From NCBI GenBank assembly GCA_963799485.1, contig CAWCXJ010000006.1:128001-192000 (forward strand): a stretch of DNA of 64,000 nucleotides. The letters run 5' to 3'. The translations under genes and the position numbers were made by a program. The DNA is from an uncultured Trueperaceae bacterium. GTDB lineage: Bacteria > Deinococcota > Deinococci > Deinococcales > Trueperaceae. The notes beneath the pieces are model-generated. The model was not told the origin of the DNA, ran no database searches, and saw only the letters and a program-made list of their open reading frames with translations. Below are positions 30,863-40,878 of this stretch, piece by piece. Position 1 is the stretch's first letter. Each line of letters begins with the position of its first letter.

Positions 30863-32410
30863 GTGTTTAGAGCTACTTCGTCAACTAAAGTTCGTCACTT
30901 TTTGCAGCGGTTTATCGCTGCTCTCCTCCTCAGCGTTTTTACCGTCTCATGTTTTCGGAATGTCCCGACCGTTGATTCTGCTCGACCTAACATCGTTTTA
31001 GTTGTTACCGACGACCAAAATGCCGACACCCTTATGTTTATGCCTACCGTGCAAAGGCTTCTGGTCGGCCAGGGTACGAGTTTCACGAGTGCCTACGCGA
31101 CGACGCCCCTTTGCTCTCCTAGCCGGGCGAGCATCTTGACAGGTCAGTACGCGCACAACCACGGCGTCCGTTCAAACGACGGGACGAGCGGCGGTTTCCC
31201 CGAGTTTTTTGCCTCCGGCGCTGAAACCTCGACGCTGGCAGCCTCTTTGCAAAGTAGCGGCTACCGCACCGCGCTGATGGGCAAATATTTCAACGCCTAC
31301 CCCGAGGGCAAGGTGCCGCCCGAGGGATTTTCCTCTCCCGGTAAACGTTACGTTCCCCCCGGCTGGGACGAGTGGTTTGGATTTCTCGACTTTTTTGAAG
31401 ATGGACGTGGCAGCGGCCCTTACGCAATGTATGACTATTCGGTCAACCATAACGGTCGGGTCAGGCGTTACGGCAACCTCCCGCGCGACTACCAGACCGA
31501 CGTGCTGAGTGACGCCGCAACGGACTTTGTAACGCGCAACTCGAAAAAGTCCGAACCGTTCTTTCTATACCTCGCCCCGACTGCCCCGCACCTGCCCGCC
31601 GTTCCTGCCCCCCGGCACCAAGCTATGTTTGCGGGCCTTCAGGCCCCACGTCCACCTTCATTTAACGAAGCGGATATGTCCGACAAACCTATGTGGCTTA
31701 CCGGAGCGCCCCTGCTGTCCTCCGAGCATATCGCTAACCTCGATGAGACCTACCGTAAGCAGGCGCAGATGCTCCTAGCGGTAGACGAAATGATTGCCTC
31801 GCTTGTTGATGCGCTCGAGGCAACCGGTGAACTCGAGTCCACCTACTTGGTCTTTACCTCCGACCAAGGCCTGCATAACGGCGAACACCGGCTTGTAAGC
31901 AAAAAGCTCACACCTTACGACGCGTCAGCACGCGTTCCCTTAGTGGTGCGAGGCCCCGGCGTTCCTGCCGGAAGAGAGGTTGACGCCTTGTCGCTGCTTT
32001 CAGACATCGCGCCGACGTTAACCGACCTAGCAGACGCGCCGACGCCTGAGTTTGTAGACGGTCGTTCGCTCGCACCTTGGCTCAGCAAGGGTGCGAGCGT
32101 ACCCGAAGGGCGGCAACAGGTCTTGCACGAGTTTTGGCCGAAGGAAGGGTTTCCGCCCGGTTCGCCACGGCCTCTACCTATTCCCGCTTATCAGGCCCTT
32201 AGGTCGTCGGAGTACCTTTACGTCAACTACAGCTACCCAGACGGTCGCCAAGAAGAGGAACTTTACGATTTGAAGCGCGACCCGTTTGAGCTGAACAACA
32301 TCGCTTCGACGGCCGACGGTGCGCTCCTATCGGCACTTTCAGCAAAGCTGAACGCCCTACAAACTTGTAAAGAAGCAACTTGTCGTGCAGTTGAGGACAG
32401 CCCTTTATAA
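30863..32410 (+). CDS. Cys-type sulfatase (GlcNAc-6-sulfatase-like), probably exported/lipoprotein
   Basis: PNIVLVVTDDQ, CSPSRASILTG, GKYFN, APH, TSDQG. Confidence 0.92.
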   Translation: MFRATSSTKVRHFLQRFIAALLLSVFTVSCFRNVPTVDSARPNIVLVVTDDQNADTLMFMPTVQRLLVGQGTSFTSAYATTPLCSPSRASILTGQYAHNHGVRSNDGTSGGFPEFFASGAETSTLAASLQSSGYRTALMGKYFNAYPEGKVPPEGFSSPGKRYVPPGWDEWFGFLDFFEDGRGSGPYAMYDYSVNHNGRVRRYGNLPRDYQTDVLSDAATDFVTRNSKKSEPFFLYLAPTAPHLPAVPAPRHQAMFAGLQAPRPPSFNEADMSDKPMWLTGAPLLSSEHIANLDETYRKQAQMLLAVDEMIASLVDALEATGELESTYLVFTSDQGLHNGEHRLVSKKLTPYDASARVPLVVRGPGVPAGREVDALSLLSDIAPTLTDLADAPTPEFVDGRSLAPWLSKGASVPEGRQQVLHEFWPKEGFPPGSPRPLPIPAYQALRSSEYLYVNYSYPDGRQEEELYDLKRDPFELNNIASTADGALLSALSAKLNALQTCKEATCRAVEDSPL

Positions 32411-32511
32411 AAGCTAGGCTTAAAGCAAATAATCTGCCTCCAAAAAACGAGTCCAGGCTAAGTAAGAGAAAATGACCGAATTTTGCTTCGCGGGTCTTCA
32501 AGCCATTAGAC

Positions 32512-32544
32512 AAAAAGCGAGAGGAGGGCTCTTACCCTCCTCTC
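32512..32544 (-). terminator. Intrinsic terminator
   Basis: 10-bp stem GAGAGGAGGG/CCCTCCTCTC with U-tract on minus strand. Confidence 0.75.
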
Positions 32545-32566
32545 TGTTAAGTTAAGCGTGACTCCC

Positions 32567-33034
32567 CTAAGGGCAATTGATATTCTTCACTACAGGATTG
32601 GGAGTTGATATTATATTGGGGTTAGGAGCGCCTCTTGGCCACTCAATATATGCTGTTGCCTGGTATATCCCGCCGTCACGGTTAGTTGAGCAGCTGACTG
32701 AAGGATACAGTGGCCCAAAACCTACTCTTTTTGGAGCTGAACTATCCGGCAACTCCTTCCAATTGCCTACTAGCTGCTTAACAATGACGAAGTTACCAGT
32801 GTTAGGATCTTTCTTCCAAAGTCTTGCGGTTAAGCGAGCGCTGTCTCGCCCGTTGAAATGGTCTATGAAGCAATCAGCAGAGCTACCCCCAACGACGCTA
32901 CCTTGTTGCGTCCATACATTATGGGCGAAGTTACACTCAGAAACTTCTTGCACATCTAGACTTGATCGCAAAGTGCTACTGCACCCTACAAGCACGAGTA
33001 AACCTGCTATGCCAGCAAAGAACTTGCTCCTCAT
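32567..33034 (-). CDS. Hypothetical lipoprotein, lower GC than surroundings
   Basis: Lipobox LVGC; promoter TTGACA-N17-TATATT at 33110-33082; own terminator. Confidence 0.75.
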   Translation of the reverse strand: MRSKFFAGIAGLLVLVGCSSTLRSSLDVQEVSECNFAHNVWTQQGSVVGGSSADCFIDHFNGRDSARLTARLWKKDPNTGNFVIVKQLVGNWKELPDSSAPKRVGFGPLYPSVSCSTNRDGGIYQATAYIEWPRGAPNPNIISTPNPVVKNINCP

Positions 33035-33115
33035 ATCGCCCTTCGCCTAAACTTTGAATTGCTACAGGCTGTAACTCTATTAATATAAATTATCAACCTC
33101 ATTTTGTCAATCGCC

Positions 33116-33647
33116 ATGTGAACTGCTCGAGCTACCCAAACCCGCGTGGCTTCAGGGTACCTCGTTGATGCCGCTCGTCCGGGGTGAGGTCGCTGAAATC
33201 AACGAGGCGGTTTTTGCCGAACACGAAGCGCACGCCGTTCCCGAGCCGCAAGCCTCGGTCAGAACGAAAAAGTACAAATACATCCGGCGGCTCGACGGCT
33301 ACGACCGGCCTCGGCCTGCCAACACCGACGAGACGTATACCAAAGCGTTATGGCTTAGGGAAGGGTGGGACGGGCATCTCGTCGTTCCTGAACAGCTCTA
33401 TGATTTAGAAACCGACCCACAAGAGCTGCGTAACCTTGCAACCGACCCCGACTATCAGAGCGTACTAACCGAGCTGCGTGGCCTGATGATTGCGCGGATG
33501 AACCGGTACAAAAACCCGCTGCTGCGTCAATACAACGTCGCCGACGCCCCACCTGCAAGGCGAACGCAGGCGGTCTCGCCGCAACTAGACCCGCAAAATC
33601 TAGACCTGCGCGACGACCCGGAAATCGGTGTCGTCTATACCGACTAG
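33116..33647 (+). pseudogene. C-terminal fragment of a second sulfatase
   Basis: LLELPKPAWLQGTSLMPL...VRTKKYKYI...QLYDLETDPQELRNLA; catalytic N-terminus missing. Confidence 0.75.
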
Positions 33648-33653
33648 TTCGCC

Positions 33654-34307
33654 CTAGACGACTCCGTGGGCCCGCGCCACAACCGCGTAAAGTGGGTCAC
33701 CTTGTCCAAACCACTCGAGACCGGCGAAACTACGTTTGGGGCTCCGGTCGAGCAGTTCGGGCGCGTCCCAGTTTCCGGCGAGATTCAAGTAGTGCGCGAC
33801 CAGCTCGAGCCTGCCCCTGTCGTCCAAGCGGTGCCAGACAGCCACAGCCTTGCCGGGAAAACAGCGGTTTGAAAAACTGATGACGACCGGCGCACCCGGC
33901 TTGAGCACCCGCCCGAGGTCGCGCAAGACGGCGACCGGACGGGTCAGATAGTCAACCGACACGGCAATGCCCGCGCCGCCGAATTCAGCGTCGGTAAAGG
34001 GCAGTTTGGGGTTCGTATTGAGGTTTTGCACGACGAACGAGTTGAGGCGGTCGTTTCTTTTCAGCTCCGCAGCGTTTAGACCCAGTCCTACGACGCGGCG
34101 GTACGGCACTTCCGGCGGTAGATGGCTCACCCACGAACTCATCAGGTCTAAAATCACACCACCTGGCGGCAGGTACTCCCGGTAAAGCTGAGTCACAGCG
34201 GCAATAGCGCCCGCGTCGATATGGGTGACGAACCGGGGTTGCCGGTAAAAGAGTTCGTCGGGCGTTTCGTCGGCGCGGCGAAAGGCGTCTTCGGGAAGGT
34301 CGGTCAC
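33654..34307 (-). CDS. Class I SAM-dependent methyltransferase
   Basis: PRFVTHID, LDLMSSWVSH, VSVDYL, FSNRCF. Confidence 0.88.
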   Translation of the reverse strand: MTDLPEDAFRRADETPDELFYRQPRFVTHIDAGAIAAVTQLYREYLPPGGVILDLMSSWVSHLPPEVPYRRVVGLGLNAAELKRNDRLNSFVVQNLNTNPKLPFTDAEFGGAGIAVSVDYLTRPVAVLRDLGRVLKPGAPVVISFSNRCFPGKAVAVWHRLDDRGRLELVAHYLNLAGNWDAPELLDRSPKRSFAGLEWFGQGDPLYAVVARAHGVV

Positions 34308-34379
34308 CGCGTCACCACACGTTCGGTTGCGCGTTCAGGCTTACCCCGGCTTCTCTCGCAGCGCTGCTTGGTCGCCAGT

Positions 34380-34763
34380 TCAAGGTGTGCCGTTTTGTCC
34401 TAATTTGGGCCGCTGACTGCGGACTTCGCGGCGAATTTTGGGCTCGAGCCCGATCATTAAAAAAAAGTTCTCCAAGGCGTTCTCTTGTCCTTTGATGTCG
34501 ATGTGTTCGCCTTCGTCCGTGCCGGTGACAAATGGCAGCTCTTTGTAGCACGCGAGTGCTTCGGTGACGACCGCGTTCGGGCTCTGGGTTTCGGCGATTT
34601 CGGTAAGGCGTGCGTAGATGCTGCGGCGCGCTTCGGCGTGGGCGCAAAAGGCTTCAGGATTGTCGGTCTCGGGCGCTCTTAAAACGTCCTGCTTGGCGAT
34701 GCGGCGGTAGTGCTTCAACCCTCTAAGAATCTCGTCCGAGCTTAAGACAACCCTTACATCCAT
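34380..34763 (-). CDS. Hypothetical protein
   Basis: 127 aa, SD AGGGAG, helical protein-like composition. Confidence 0.75.
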   Translation of the reverse strand: MDVRVVLSSDEILRGLKHYRRIAKQDVLRAPETDNPEAFCAHAEARRSIYARLTEIAETQSPNAVVTEALACYKELPFVTGTDEGEHIDIKGQENALENFFLMIGLEPKIRREVRSQRPKLGQNGTP

Positions 34764-34890
34764 CGGTCACTCCCTTTCACGCGTGTTTTGTCCTGTGCTG
34801 TGAAGTTTTTACGGTACTTGGGCGTCATCGTTGCTGATGATTATAGATAAACGGCTGAGAAGCTGTCAAAACCAGCTCATACCTGAGGGC

Positions 34891-35130
34891 TCAAGCCTCG
34901 AGCTTTTTGATCGGTATCGGCGGTGCGTCCGGGGTTTCTTTCGTGTGGCCCTCTTTGAGGTCGCCGCGAAAACGGGCGAGGTCGGCGATTTCCGGCGCTT
35001 CGGAAGTGTAGGCGCAGCGGCGACACTCGAGTTCGGAGAAGCCCTCGTTGTACAGGTACGTGACGGTATCGCTGCCCCCGCACTGCGGGCACGTTTCGCC
35101 TAGCTCTACGCCTTCAGCGTCAAAATCCAC
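34891..35130 (-). CDS. Small zinc-ribbon protein
   Basis: CPQCG...CRRC; SD GGAGG. Confidence 0.75.
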   Translation of the reverse strand: MDFDAEGVELGETCPQCGGSDTVTYLYNEGFSELECRRCAYTSEAPEIADLARFRGDLKEGHTKETPDAPPIPIKKLEA

Positions 35131-35262
35131 AGATGACCTCCCTGTAAGTCTACGCTAGACAACCTACGCTAAGCCTAGTGTAGAACTATGCACGTACCGA
35201 AAAAGTGATTTATGCCTGTTCGGGCAAGGCTTGATCTGCTGCGCGTTCGTTACACTGAAGCG

Positions 35263-35736
35263 ATGAGCTTTACACACGCGCCGCCGGGGTACCGGAGTCC
35301 ATTTCTCGACGTAGTGGAAAGAAAACCTTCTACCACGCTAACCAAACAGAGCGACGTTTTCTACCGTGATGCTCAGCTGACGGCGTTTATCGCCGCAGCG
35401 CGTTATCAAACCGCCGGGGGCAACGCGCTTATCGTCCCCAATACTCCCTACGAAAATCTCTATACCGTGCCCGATGAAGTGCTAGGCGCTATTCACGCGT
35501 TTTCCAAACGCCTCGCGCTGGCGTTCAAAGCGGTTTACGGTTGTGACGGCGTACTTTTACGGCAACACAACGAACCTGCCGGCAGTCAAGACGTCTGGCA
35601 CTACCACCTGCACGTCATCCCGCGCTTTACGGGGGACGGTTTTTATAAGGCGTTGCCGCAAAAAGTCTGGACGACGCCGGAGGAACGGGCACCCTACGCG
35701 GAGGTTTTACGGCGCTACCTCGTGGAGACGGCCTGA
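35263..35736 (+). CDS. HIT family protein
   Basis: QDVWHYHLHVIPR; leaderless start after TACACT. Confidence 0.9.
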   Translation: MSFTHAPPGYRSPFLDVVERKPSTTLTKQSDVFYRDAQLTAFIAAARYQTAGGNALIVPNTPYENLYTVPDEVLGAIHAFSKRLALAFKAVYGCDGVLLRQHNEPAGSQDVWHYHLHVIPRFTGDGFYKALPQKVWTTPEERAPYAEVLRRYLVETA

Positions 35737-37355
35737 GCTTCCTCTAAAAGTTCGCGGGCGTGGGCGAGGGCGGTTTTGGTCTTGGCGCCGGAGAGCATCC
35801 GGGCGAGTTCGGCCTCGCGCGCTGTCCCCTCGAGCCTCGTGACCCGCGTGACGGTGCGGCCTGCCTGCTCGCGTTTTTCGACCTTGAAGTGCGCGTCGGC
35901 AAAGGCGGCGACTTGCGGCAGGTGCGTTACGACCAAGACCTGATGGTGTTCGGCTAAACGTCTGAGAAGTCCGCCGACCGTGCGTGCGGTCTCCCCACCT
36001 AGTCCGGCGTCTACTTCGTCGAACACGAGCGTCGGTTGCTGCGACCCGGTAACGACGTTGAGAGCGAGCATCACCCGCGACAACTCACCGCCTGAGGCGA
36101 CGGCTGAAAGCGGTGCGGGCGGCTCGCCCAGGTTGGTACTTAAAAAAAACGTCACTTTGTCGCGGCCCGTGGCGGCAGGTTCGGGTAACGCCCCGAGTCG
36201 CACCTCGAACTGGGCGTGGGTCAGCCCGAGCGGGCGGAGTTCTTGCGTGACGGCTTCGGCAAGTTTAAGCGCGACTGTTTGCCGCGCCTGGGTCAGCAAG
36301 CCGGTCAGCTCAGTGAGTTCTGCGTTCAAACCGGCTTGTTCACCCTGCAAACGCTCCAAATCGACCTCGGCGTTTTGCAGCCGGTTCAGCTCGGCTTCGG
36401 CGTCGGTGTAAAACTTCAGGATTTCGGCGACCGAGCCGCCGTACTTGAGTTTGAGGGTCTCGAGCTGTACGAGGCGCTGCTCGAGTCGCCCCTGCTGTTG
36501 TGGGTCGCCGCCGAAGTCGGCTAAGAAACTCTCGACCTCGGCGCTCGTCGCCTGGACGCTTTCAAGCGCGCCGCGCAGTTCCGCCGCGAGCGCGGCGGGG
36601 GTTTCGTGATAGCGTCCGGCACCCTCGAGGCTCGTCACCGCCTCGGCTAAAAGCGCCAGCACGTTGGGTTCGCCCTCGCTAAGGCGCTCGAGCGCCCCGG
36701 CACTCCCCTGCAAGATACGTTCGGCGTGGCGGTGAGCTGCCAGCTCTGCGCGGAGCGTCTCCTCTTCGCCGGGTACGGGGTTCGCCGCCGCAATTTCAGC
36801 GACCTGAAACTGTAGCACGTCGAGCTGCCGCGCCCGTTCGCGCAGCGCACCCTGAAGCTCGTTCAGCTCTTTAGTCACCTGGGTCAAGCGGCGGTAACGC
36901 TCACCCACTTCGTGCAGCGTTTTCTGCGCTTGTTCGTCCAGCAAAGTGTCCAAAAGTCGCCGCTGTTCGCTGTTTGACAGCAGCGTTTGCGAGGCGTGCT
37001 GACCGTGAATCGCCAGCTGCGCCGCACCCGTTTCGGCGAGTTCGGCAATCGTCACGAGTTCGCCGCCCAAACGGGCGCTGCTCCGGCCCGACGCCTGCAC
37101 CCGCCGCGTTAGGATGTCAGCGGCGTCTTCGTCCAACCCGATTTCAACCCCGAAAAAGCCCTGTACGAGGGCGCTCTGCGCGCCGGAACGAACCACGCGC
37201 GCCTCGGCGCGGCCTCCGAGCAGGAGCGTAAGCGCGTCGACCACGATAGACTTGCCCGCGCCGGTCTCGCCGGTCAGGACGTTGAGGCCGGGGGCGAAGG
37301 TGACCTGGAGGGCGTCGATAATGGCAAAGTCAAGCAGCTCGAGCGCAACTAGCAC
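35715..37355 (-). CDS. recN: DNA repair protein RecN
   Basis: LTGETGAGKS, IHGQH, ASGGELSR, FDEVD, VTHLPQVAA. Confidence 0.96.
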   Translation of the reverse strand: MLVALELLDFAIIDALQVTFAPGLNVLTGETGAGKSIVVDALTLLLGGRAEARVVRSGAQSALVQGFFGVEIGLDEDAADILTRRVQASGRSSARLGGELVTIAELAETGAAQLAIHGQHASQTLLSNSEQRRLLDTLLDEQAQKTLHEVGERYRRLTQVTKELNELQGALRERARQLDVLQFQVAEIAAANPVPGEEETLRAELAAHRHAERILQGSAGALERLSEGEPNVLALLAEAVTSLEGAGRYHETPAALAAELRGALESVQATSAEVESFLADFGGDPQQQGRLEQRLVQLETLKLKYGGSVAEILKFYTDAEAELNRLQNAEVDLERLQGEQAGLNAELTELTGLLTQARQTVALKLAEAVTQELRPLGLTHAQFEVRLGALPEPAATGRDKVTFFLSTNLGEPPAPLSAVASGGELSRVMLALNVVTGSQQPTLVFDEVDAGLGGETARTVGGLLRRLAEHHQVLVVTHLPQVAAFADAHFKVEKREQAGRTVTRVTRLEGTAREAELARMLSGAKTKTALAHARELLEEAQAVSTR

Positions 37356-37747
37356 GGGTTTAGTTTAGCAAGCTTGCAGGTGCAGACAAGTCATGGCTGG
37401 ACGCCACTGATTGCGTCCTGCTTCGATGTGTTAGGTACCCTTTGTAAAATCCTGTAGGCGCAGCCTTACGCTACCCAACGGCGAACGTCTGCACGAACAG
37501 ATAGCCGCTGAGTACGATGATTACGGTAACACCCCACGCCTTCGGCACGGAAACTCGGCAACTTCAAGCTTGACGTGGGGCAGGCAAGTTTTAGGCTTAC
37601 CTAAAACAAACATCGGGCTTACAAAAAATTTGTCAACCGCTCTGCCGACGTATCACGCCGAAGCGCGGGACGCGACCTGAAGACCGGTTCGGGGAGTTGA
37701 CAGAACCGCAGCAGGGCTCGAGTCAACCGTTTCACCCGCTTCTGATC

Positions 37748-38977
37748 CTAAAACGCCCACTCGCCGGCGTGCATCACCGGTTCTTCGGTACCGTCTTCAC
37801 GAACACCTACAATCTCCGTCTCGGCGGACCCGATCATAAAGTCGACGTGCGCGAGCGAATCGTTGAGGCCGACCGCCTGCGCCGCGTCGTCGCTCATGGT
37901 GGTGCCACCTTCGGCGCAAAAACGGTAGGCGCGGCCCAGCGCCAGGTGCGAGGCGGCGTTTTCGTCGAAGAGGGTGTTGTAAAAGAGCAGCCCGCTCTGC
38001 GAGATGGGGCTCGAGTGCGGCACCAGCGCCACTTCACCCAGACGGGTCGCACCTTCGTCGGTGGCGAGCAGGCGCTCCAAGGCGTCTTGACCCTGCGCCG
38101 CCCTGACTTCGGTGACGCGCCCGTCTTTGAAGGTCAGCGTAAAGTCTTCGATGAGTTGCCCGCTGTACGAAAGCGGTTTGCTGCTCGTGACGGTTCCCTC
38201 GACGCGCGCGCGGTGCGGCGCAGTAAAAACTTCTTCAGTCGGCAAGTTGGCGACAAAGGTCGTGCCGGCGTCGTTTTCCGACGCGCCGCCGCGCCAGATA
38301 TGCCCGTCGGCGAGACCCAAGCGCAGGTCGGTACCGGGGGCGCGGTAGTGCAGCGCGTGGTAGCGGCGCGAATTCAGGTGCGTGCGGCGCGCCTCGAGTT
38401 CTGCTAGATGCGCCCCCCAGTTCGCCACCGCGTCGTCGCTGTCGGCCCGAACCGCCGTAAAAATCGCGTCCCAGAGAAGCCCGACGCGCTTTTCTGCCGG
38501 TGCGTCCGGAAAGACCTTCTCGGCCCAGGCAGGGGTGGCGACCGCGACCACGCACCAGTTTACGGCGTCGTTCATGACCTTGTTCATAAACGGTTTGAGG
38601 GCCGTTTGCGCGGCCTTTTGCGACGCGGCGATAGCGTCGCCGTCTTGCCCTTTAAGCAGGTCGGGGTCGCTGCCCGTAACCGACAAGCGGGCACCGTTTG
38701 CGCCAAGCATCTCGAGCATCCCCTGTGCCAGCCACTCGGGGTAAAAGTCGAACGAATCCTTCGGCGCGTAGCGGTAACGCGCCAGGGTTACGGCGTCGTC
38801 GTTATAAAACGGGTGAATATAACGCACGCCGCGTTTGTAGGCAATTTCGGCAATCCGGGCGATAAGCGGCGACGCCGCTAGCGGCGCGGCGACCAGCAGC
38901 TGCTGTCCGGCCTGCACGTTGAGCCCGACTTCGGTGATAAGCGACGCGTAACTGTTGAGCTTGTCGTCAAAATTCAT
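37748..38977 (-). CDS. Aminopeptidase M29 (AmpS/AmpT-like)
   Basis: ANLPTEEVFTAP, LGEVALV, LFDENAASHLALG, HVDFMIG. Confidence 0.93.
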   Translation of the reverse strand: MNFDDKLNSYASLITEVGLNVQAGQQLLVAAPLAASPLIARIAEIAYKRGVRYIHPFYNDDAVTLARYRYAPKDSFDFYPEWLAQGMLEMLGANGARLSVTGSDPDLLKGQDGDAIAASQKAAQTALKPFMNKVMNDAVNWCVVAVATPAWAEKVFPDAPAEKRVGLLWDAIFTAVRADSDDAVANWGAHLAELEARRTHLNSRRYHALHYRAPGTDLRLGLADGHIWRGGASENDAGTTFVANLPTEEVFTAPHRARVEGTVTSSKPLSYSGQLIEDFTLTFKDGRVTEVRAAQGQDALERLLATDEGATRLGEVALVPHSSPISQSGLLFYNTLFDENAASHLALGRAYRFCAEGGTTMSDDAAQAVGLNDSLAHVDFMIGSAETEIVGVREDGTEEPVMHAGEWAF

Positions 38978-39471
38978 AGCTTCAGCTTAACGCGGGCAGT
39001 TCCATCCTTTCCGTGTTCTGGAGAGACAGGCGCAAGAAGTAGAACGAGGCCGGGAGACCAAAGGTAGAGCTGCTTAAATCCTCCCTCCCGAGTTTGTATT
39101 CTCGCGGCGTCTCACCGATAAACAGCCAAGCGGGCGAGTACAAACAGGCAAACGTGAGATACTTGATTACCTGATGAGGTTGCGCCGCGTTATAACAAGG
39201 GGTCTTGGCCTGCCTAACCTTACGCGCCCTGCTCGCGGCAAGACCTGCAAATAACGGTGGACGCCACGCGCAGCGTAAAACCGGTAGAACCCGGCGACCT
39301 GCCCGACGTCGGCCCAAACGTCACCGCTGCCCGGAGAGGACACGGATGGTTTATTTAGGTCAAGCGGTTTTTATCCGGATGGGTGCTCGCCACCCCCTGA
39401 CCGGGCACGGCACCCGGCAAGGTGCAGTTACGGCGAAGCTTGCGGTTTTACCGAAAAGGCCCGCTTAGCCC

Positions 39472-40413
39472 TTGCACCTGCCTGCTTTTATCCCCGACGG
39501 GTATACCCCCCTGCGCCTGCTCGGTTCGGGCAATACCGCGCACGTTTACGCGGCGCGTCACCCCGAGTTCGGCACAGTCGCGCTTAAACTTCCCAAAAGC
39601 GAGCTGCACGACGACCCGGTGCTCCGGCGGATGTTCGAAAACGAGGTGCAGCTGACCACGCCGCTCAAGCACCCCCGGGTGATCAACGCTTACGGCGGCT
39701 ACCCGACCGGCGCAGGGGCATTTTTGGCGCTCGAGTTTTGCGAGGGTACGCTCGACGAAAAGTTGGCGACGCGTCTACCCCTGCAACTCGCGTATCGGCT
39801 GATTCTAGACGTCGCGCAGGGGTTGTCGCACAGCCACCAGCGGCAGATTTTGCACCGCGACGTCAAACCCGCCAACGTTTTCTTGCAAGCAGGTCGCGCC
39901 AAACTCGGCGACTTCGGGACGGGCGCATATATCAGCGACGCCTTCGGCGCACCTGAAAGTGCAGAAAAGGTCGGCACCGCCTTCTATATGGCTCCGGAAG
40001 TGTTTCAGGGCAAGAGCGCCACGGTTCGGAGCGACGTGTACAGTCTCGGCATTTTGGCTTACGAGGTTATCGCCGGGGTGCGCCCCTTTACCGGCGAAGA
40101 CGAGGACGAGCTGATGCTCGCGCACTCGTCGGGCGTGCCGGTCGCCCTGCGGCAAATCCGGGGTGAGGTGAGCCTCGAGCTCAACCGGGTCGTCGCGACC
40201 GCCATGTCGCGCACGCCGCAAAAACGTTTTGAAAGCGCCGAAGCCTTTGTCGCCGCGTTTGCCGAGGCTACCGGGCTACCGGCGAGCGACGCCGTAACCG
40301 AGCTGCAGCTCGGGCGTGCGGGGCGTGTGGGCTTTAAGCATAAACGTGAAGCCGAAGCGCCGAGCGGCGAAAAACCTGGACGGCTCGGCTGGTTCGGACG
40401 TAGAAGAAGCTGA
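39472..40413 (+). CDS. Hanks-type Ser/Thr protein kinase (cytoplasmic)
   Basis: LGSG, VALK, HRDVKPAN, DFG, YMAPE, DVYSLG. Confidence 0.92.
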   Translation: MHLPAFIPDGYTPLRLLGSGNTAHVYAARHPEFGTVALKLPKSELHDDPVLRRMFENEVQLTTPLKHPRVINAYGGYPTGAGAFLALEFCEGTLDEKLATRLPLQLAYRLILDVAQGLSHSHQRQILHRDVKPANVFLQAGRAKLGDFGTGAYISDAFGAPESAEKVGTAFYMAPEVFQGKSATVRSDVYSLGILAYEVIAGVRPFTGEDEDELMLAHSSGVPVALRQIRGEVSLELNRVVATAMSRTPQKRFESAEAFVAAFAEATGLPASDAVTELQLGRAGRVGFKHKREAEAPSGEKPGRLGWFGRRRS

Positions 40414-40490
40414 GCAAATGCTAGGCACGGTACACCGTAAAAGCTTTTTCATTCATAACACGTTTTTTTGCGCTGTCCAGGCGAACCGGG

Positions 40491-40546
40491 GTAGACAAAC
40501 AGGTGCAGACAAACAGGTGTAGACAAACATGTGTAGACAAACAGGC
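40491..40546. repeat. 14-nt tandem repeat x4
   Basis: GTAGACAAACAGGT, GCAGACAAACAGGT, GTAGACAAACATGT, GTAGACAAACAGGC. Confidence 0.93.
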
Positions 40547-40878
40547 GCCGAGAACCGGGACGCGTAGCTAAAACCGGTCCGAATAGCAGCTATAACCCGT
40601 ATGCCGGACCGCAGCTGTCACGGTTCAGTAGTGACGCGCAGATGAGCTGATATAAGCTGCAACGTAAAAAAGTTTACTTGAAACCGAACTTAAGCTGAAC
40701 TTAAGCCCACGGGTACTTAATCAGTCAGGGCATTTCTCCCTACCAAACCGGGTCGGAATGTGCTCTATAATAACAGTGTGTAATGTGTGTCAAACACGTT
40801 GTGCACCCCGACTACGTCCCGCGGCCCTTATAGTGTCCTTACAAACGACATTTAAGCTGTACCAGAGAGGAGGGTGCG

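Noticed and set aside
38990..39470. AraC-like remnant (GETPREYK) or small genes upstream of the kinase
   Set aside because: One short motif only; no coherent ORF
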